Source of the DNA: an uncultured archaeon
GTDB taxonomy: Archaea; Aenigmatarchaeota; Aenigmatarchaeia; QMZP01; JACQNV01
Assembly: GCA_964410585.1 (NCBI GenBank)
Contig: CAYPFW010000001.1
Span: 256,001 to 320,000, forward strand
Direction of reading: 5' to 3'
DNA length: 64,000 nucleotides
In this document: positions 63,847-64,000 of the stretch, piece by piece
Numbering within the stretch: position 1 is the stretch's first letter
How the letters are laid out: every line of letters begins with the position of its first letter
Notes under the pieces: generated by a model
Told to the model about the DNA's origin: nothing
Seen by the model: only the letters and a program-made list of their open reading frames with translations
The model's database searches: none
Translations under genes and position numbers: made by a program

Positions 63847-64000
63847 ATTTTAAGATCAATTGATTTCTAGTTAAGGATTTAAAACTTATTGTTCTACCTT
63901 CTAATAGTGAACCAAAATACACTGAACTAAAAGGTTTCACATTGATTAGTCGAGCGCTCTATGGACGAAAGTATTAGGAGTCAAGTTTTGGATTTTGTTG

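Noticed and set aside
1-64000. CRISPR array or cas genes
   Set aside because: No regularly spaced direct repeats with unique spacers and no cas-like ORF; the dispersed repeats are not arrayed.

Overview
Archaeal chromosome segment, AT-rich with many apparently leaderless genes. It is most consistent with a DPANN lineage, possibly Aenigmarchaeota-like; this is inferred from the split rpoB''/rpoB', the ARMAN-type epsilon2 splicing endonuclease and a giant surface protein. Housekeeping content: rpoH-rpoB2-rpoB1-rpoA1-rpoA2, rpl6-rpl32e, pyrH, map, endA, an MtaB/MiaB-like methylthiotransferase, and a glmS-HAD-SDR-yvcK-glmU cluster. The best candidate novelty is a stand-alone 5S rRNA gene interrupted by a 62-nt insertion bounded by a complete bulge-helix-bulge (BHB) motif; removing it restores a GAAA-capped helix IV, so it is a probable spliced 5S rRNA intron. 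The same window has a D-loop-intron tRNA-Asp, a two-intron tRNA-Lys with a 7-nt middle exon, and the broad-specificity epsilon2 EndA. Other highlights: a modular family of intergenic palindromic repeats (REP/BIME/MITE-like, also between RNAP genes); a 5467-aa LamG/Ig/Cys-rich surface protein with two apparently identical 2460-bp blocks; a short poxvirus/bacterial-type topoisomerase IB next to MazG and Zn-ribbon genes; a candidate replication origin with AAAGTGAG repeats beside a wHTH gene; and tandem GXGXG beta-helix paralogs. All calls were made by eye; no searches or folding programs were run.
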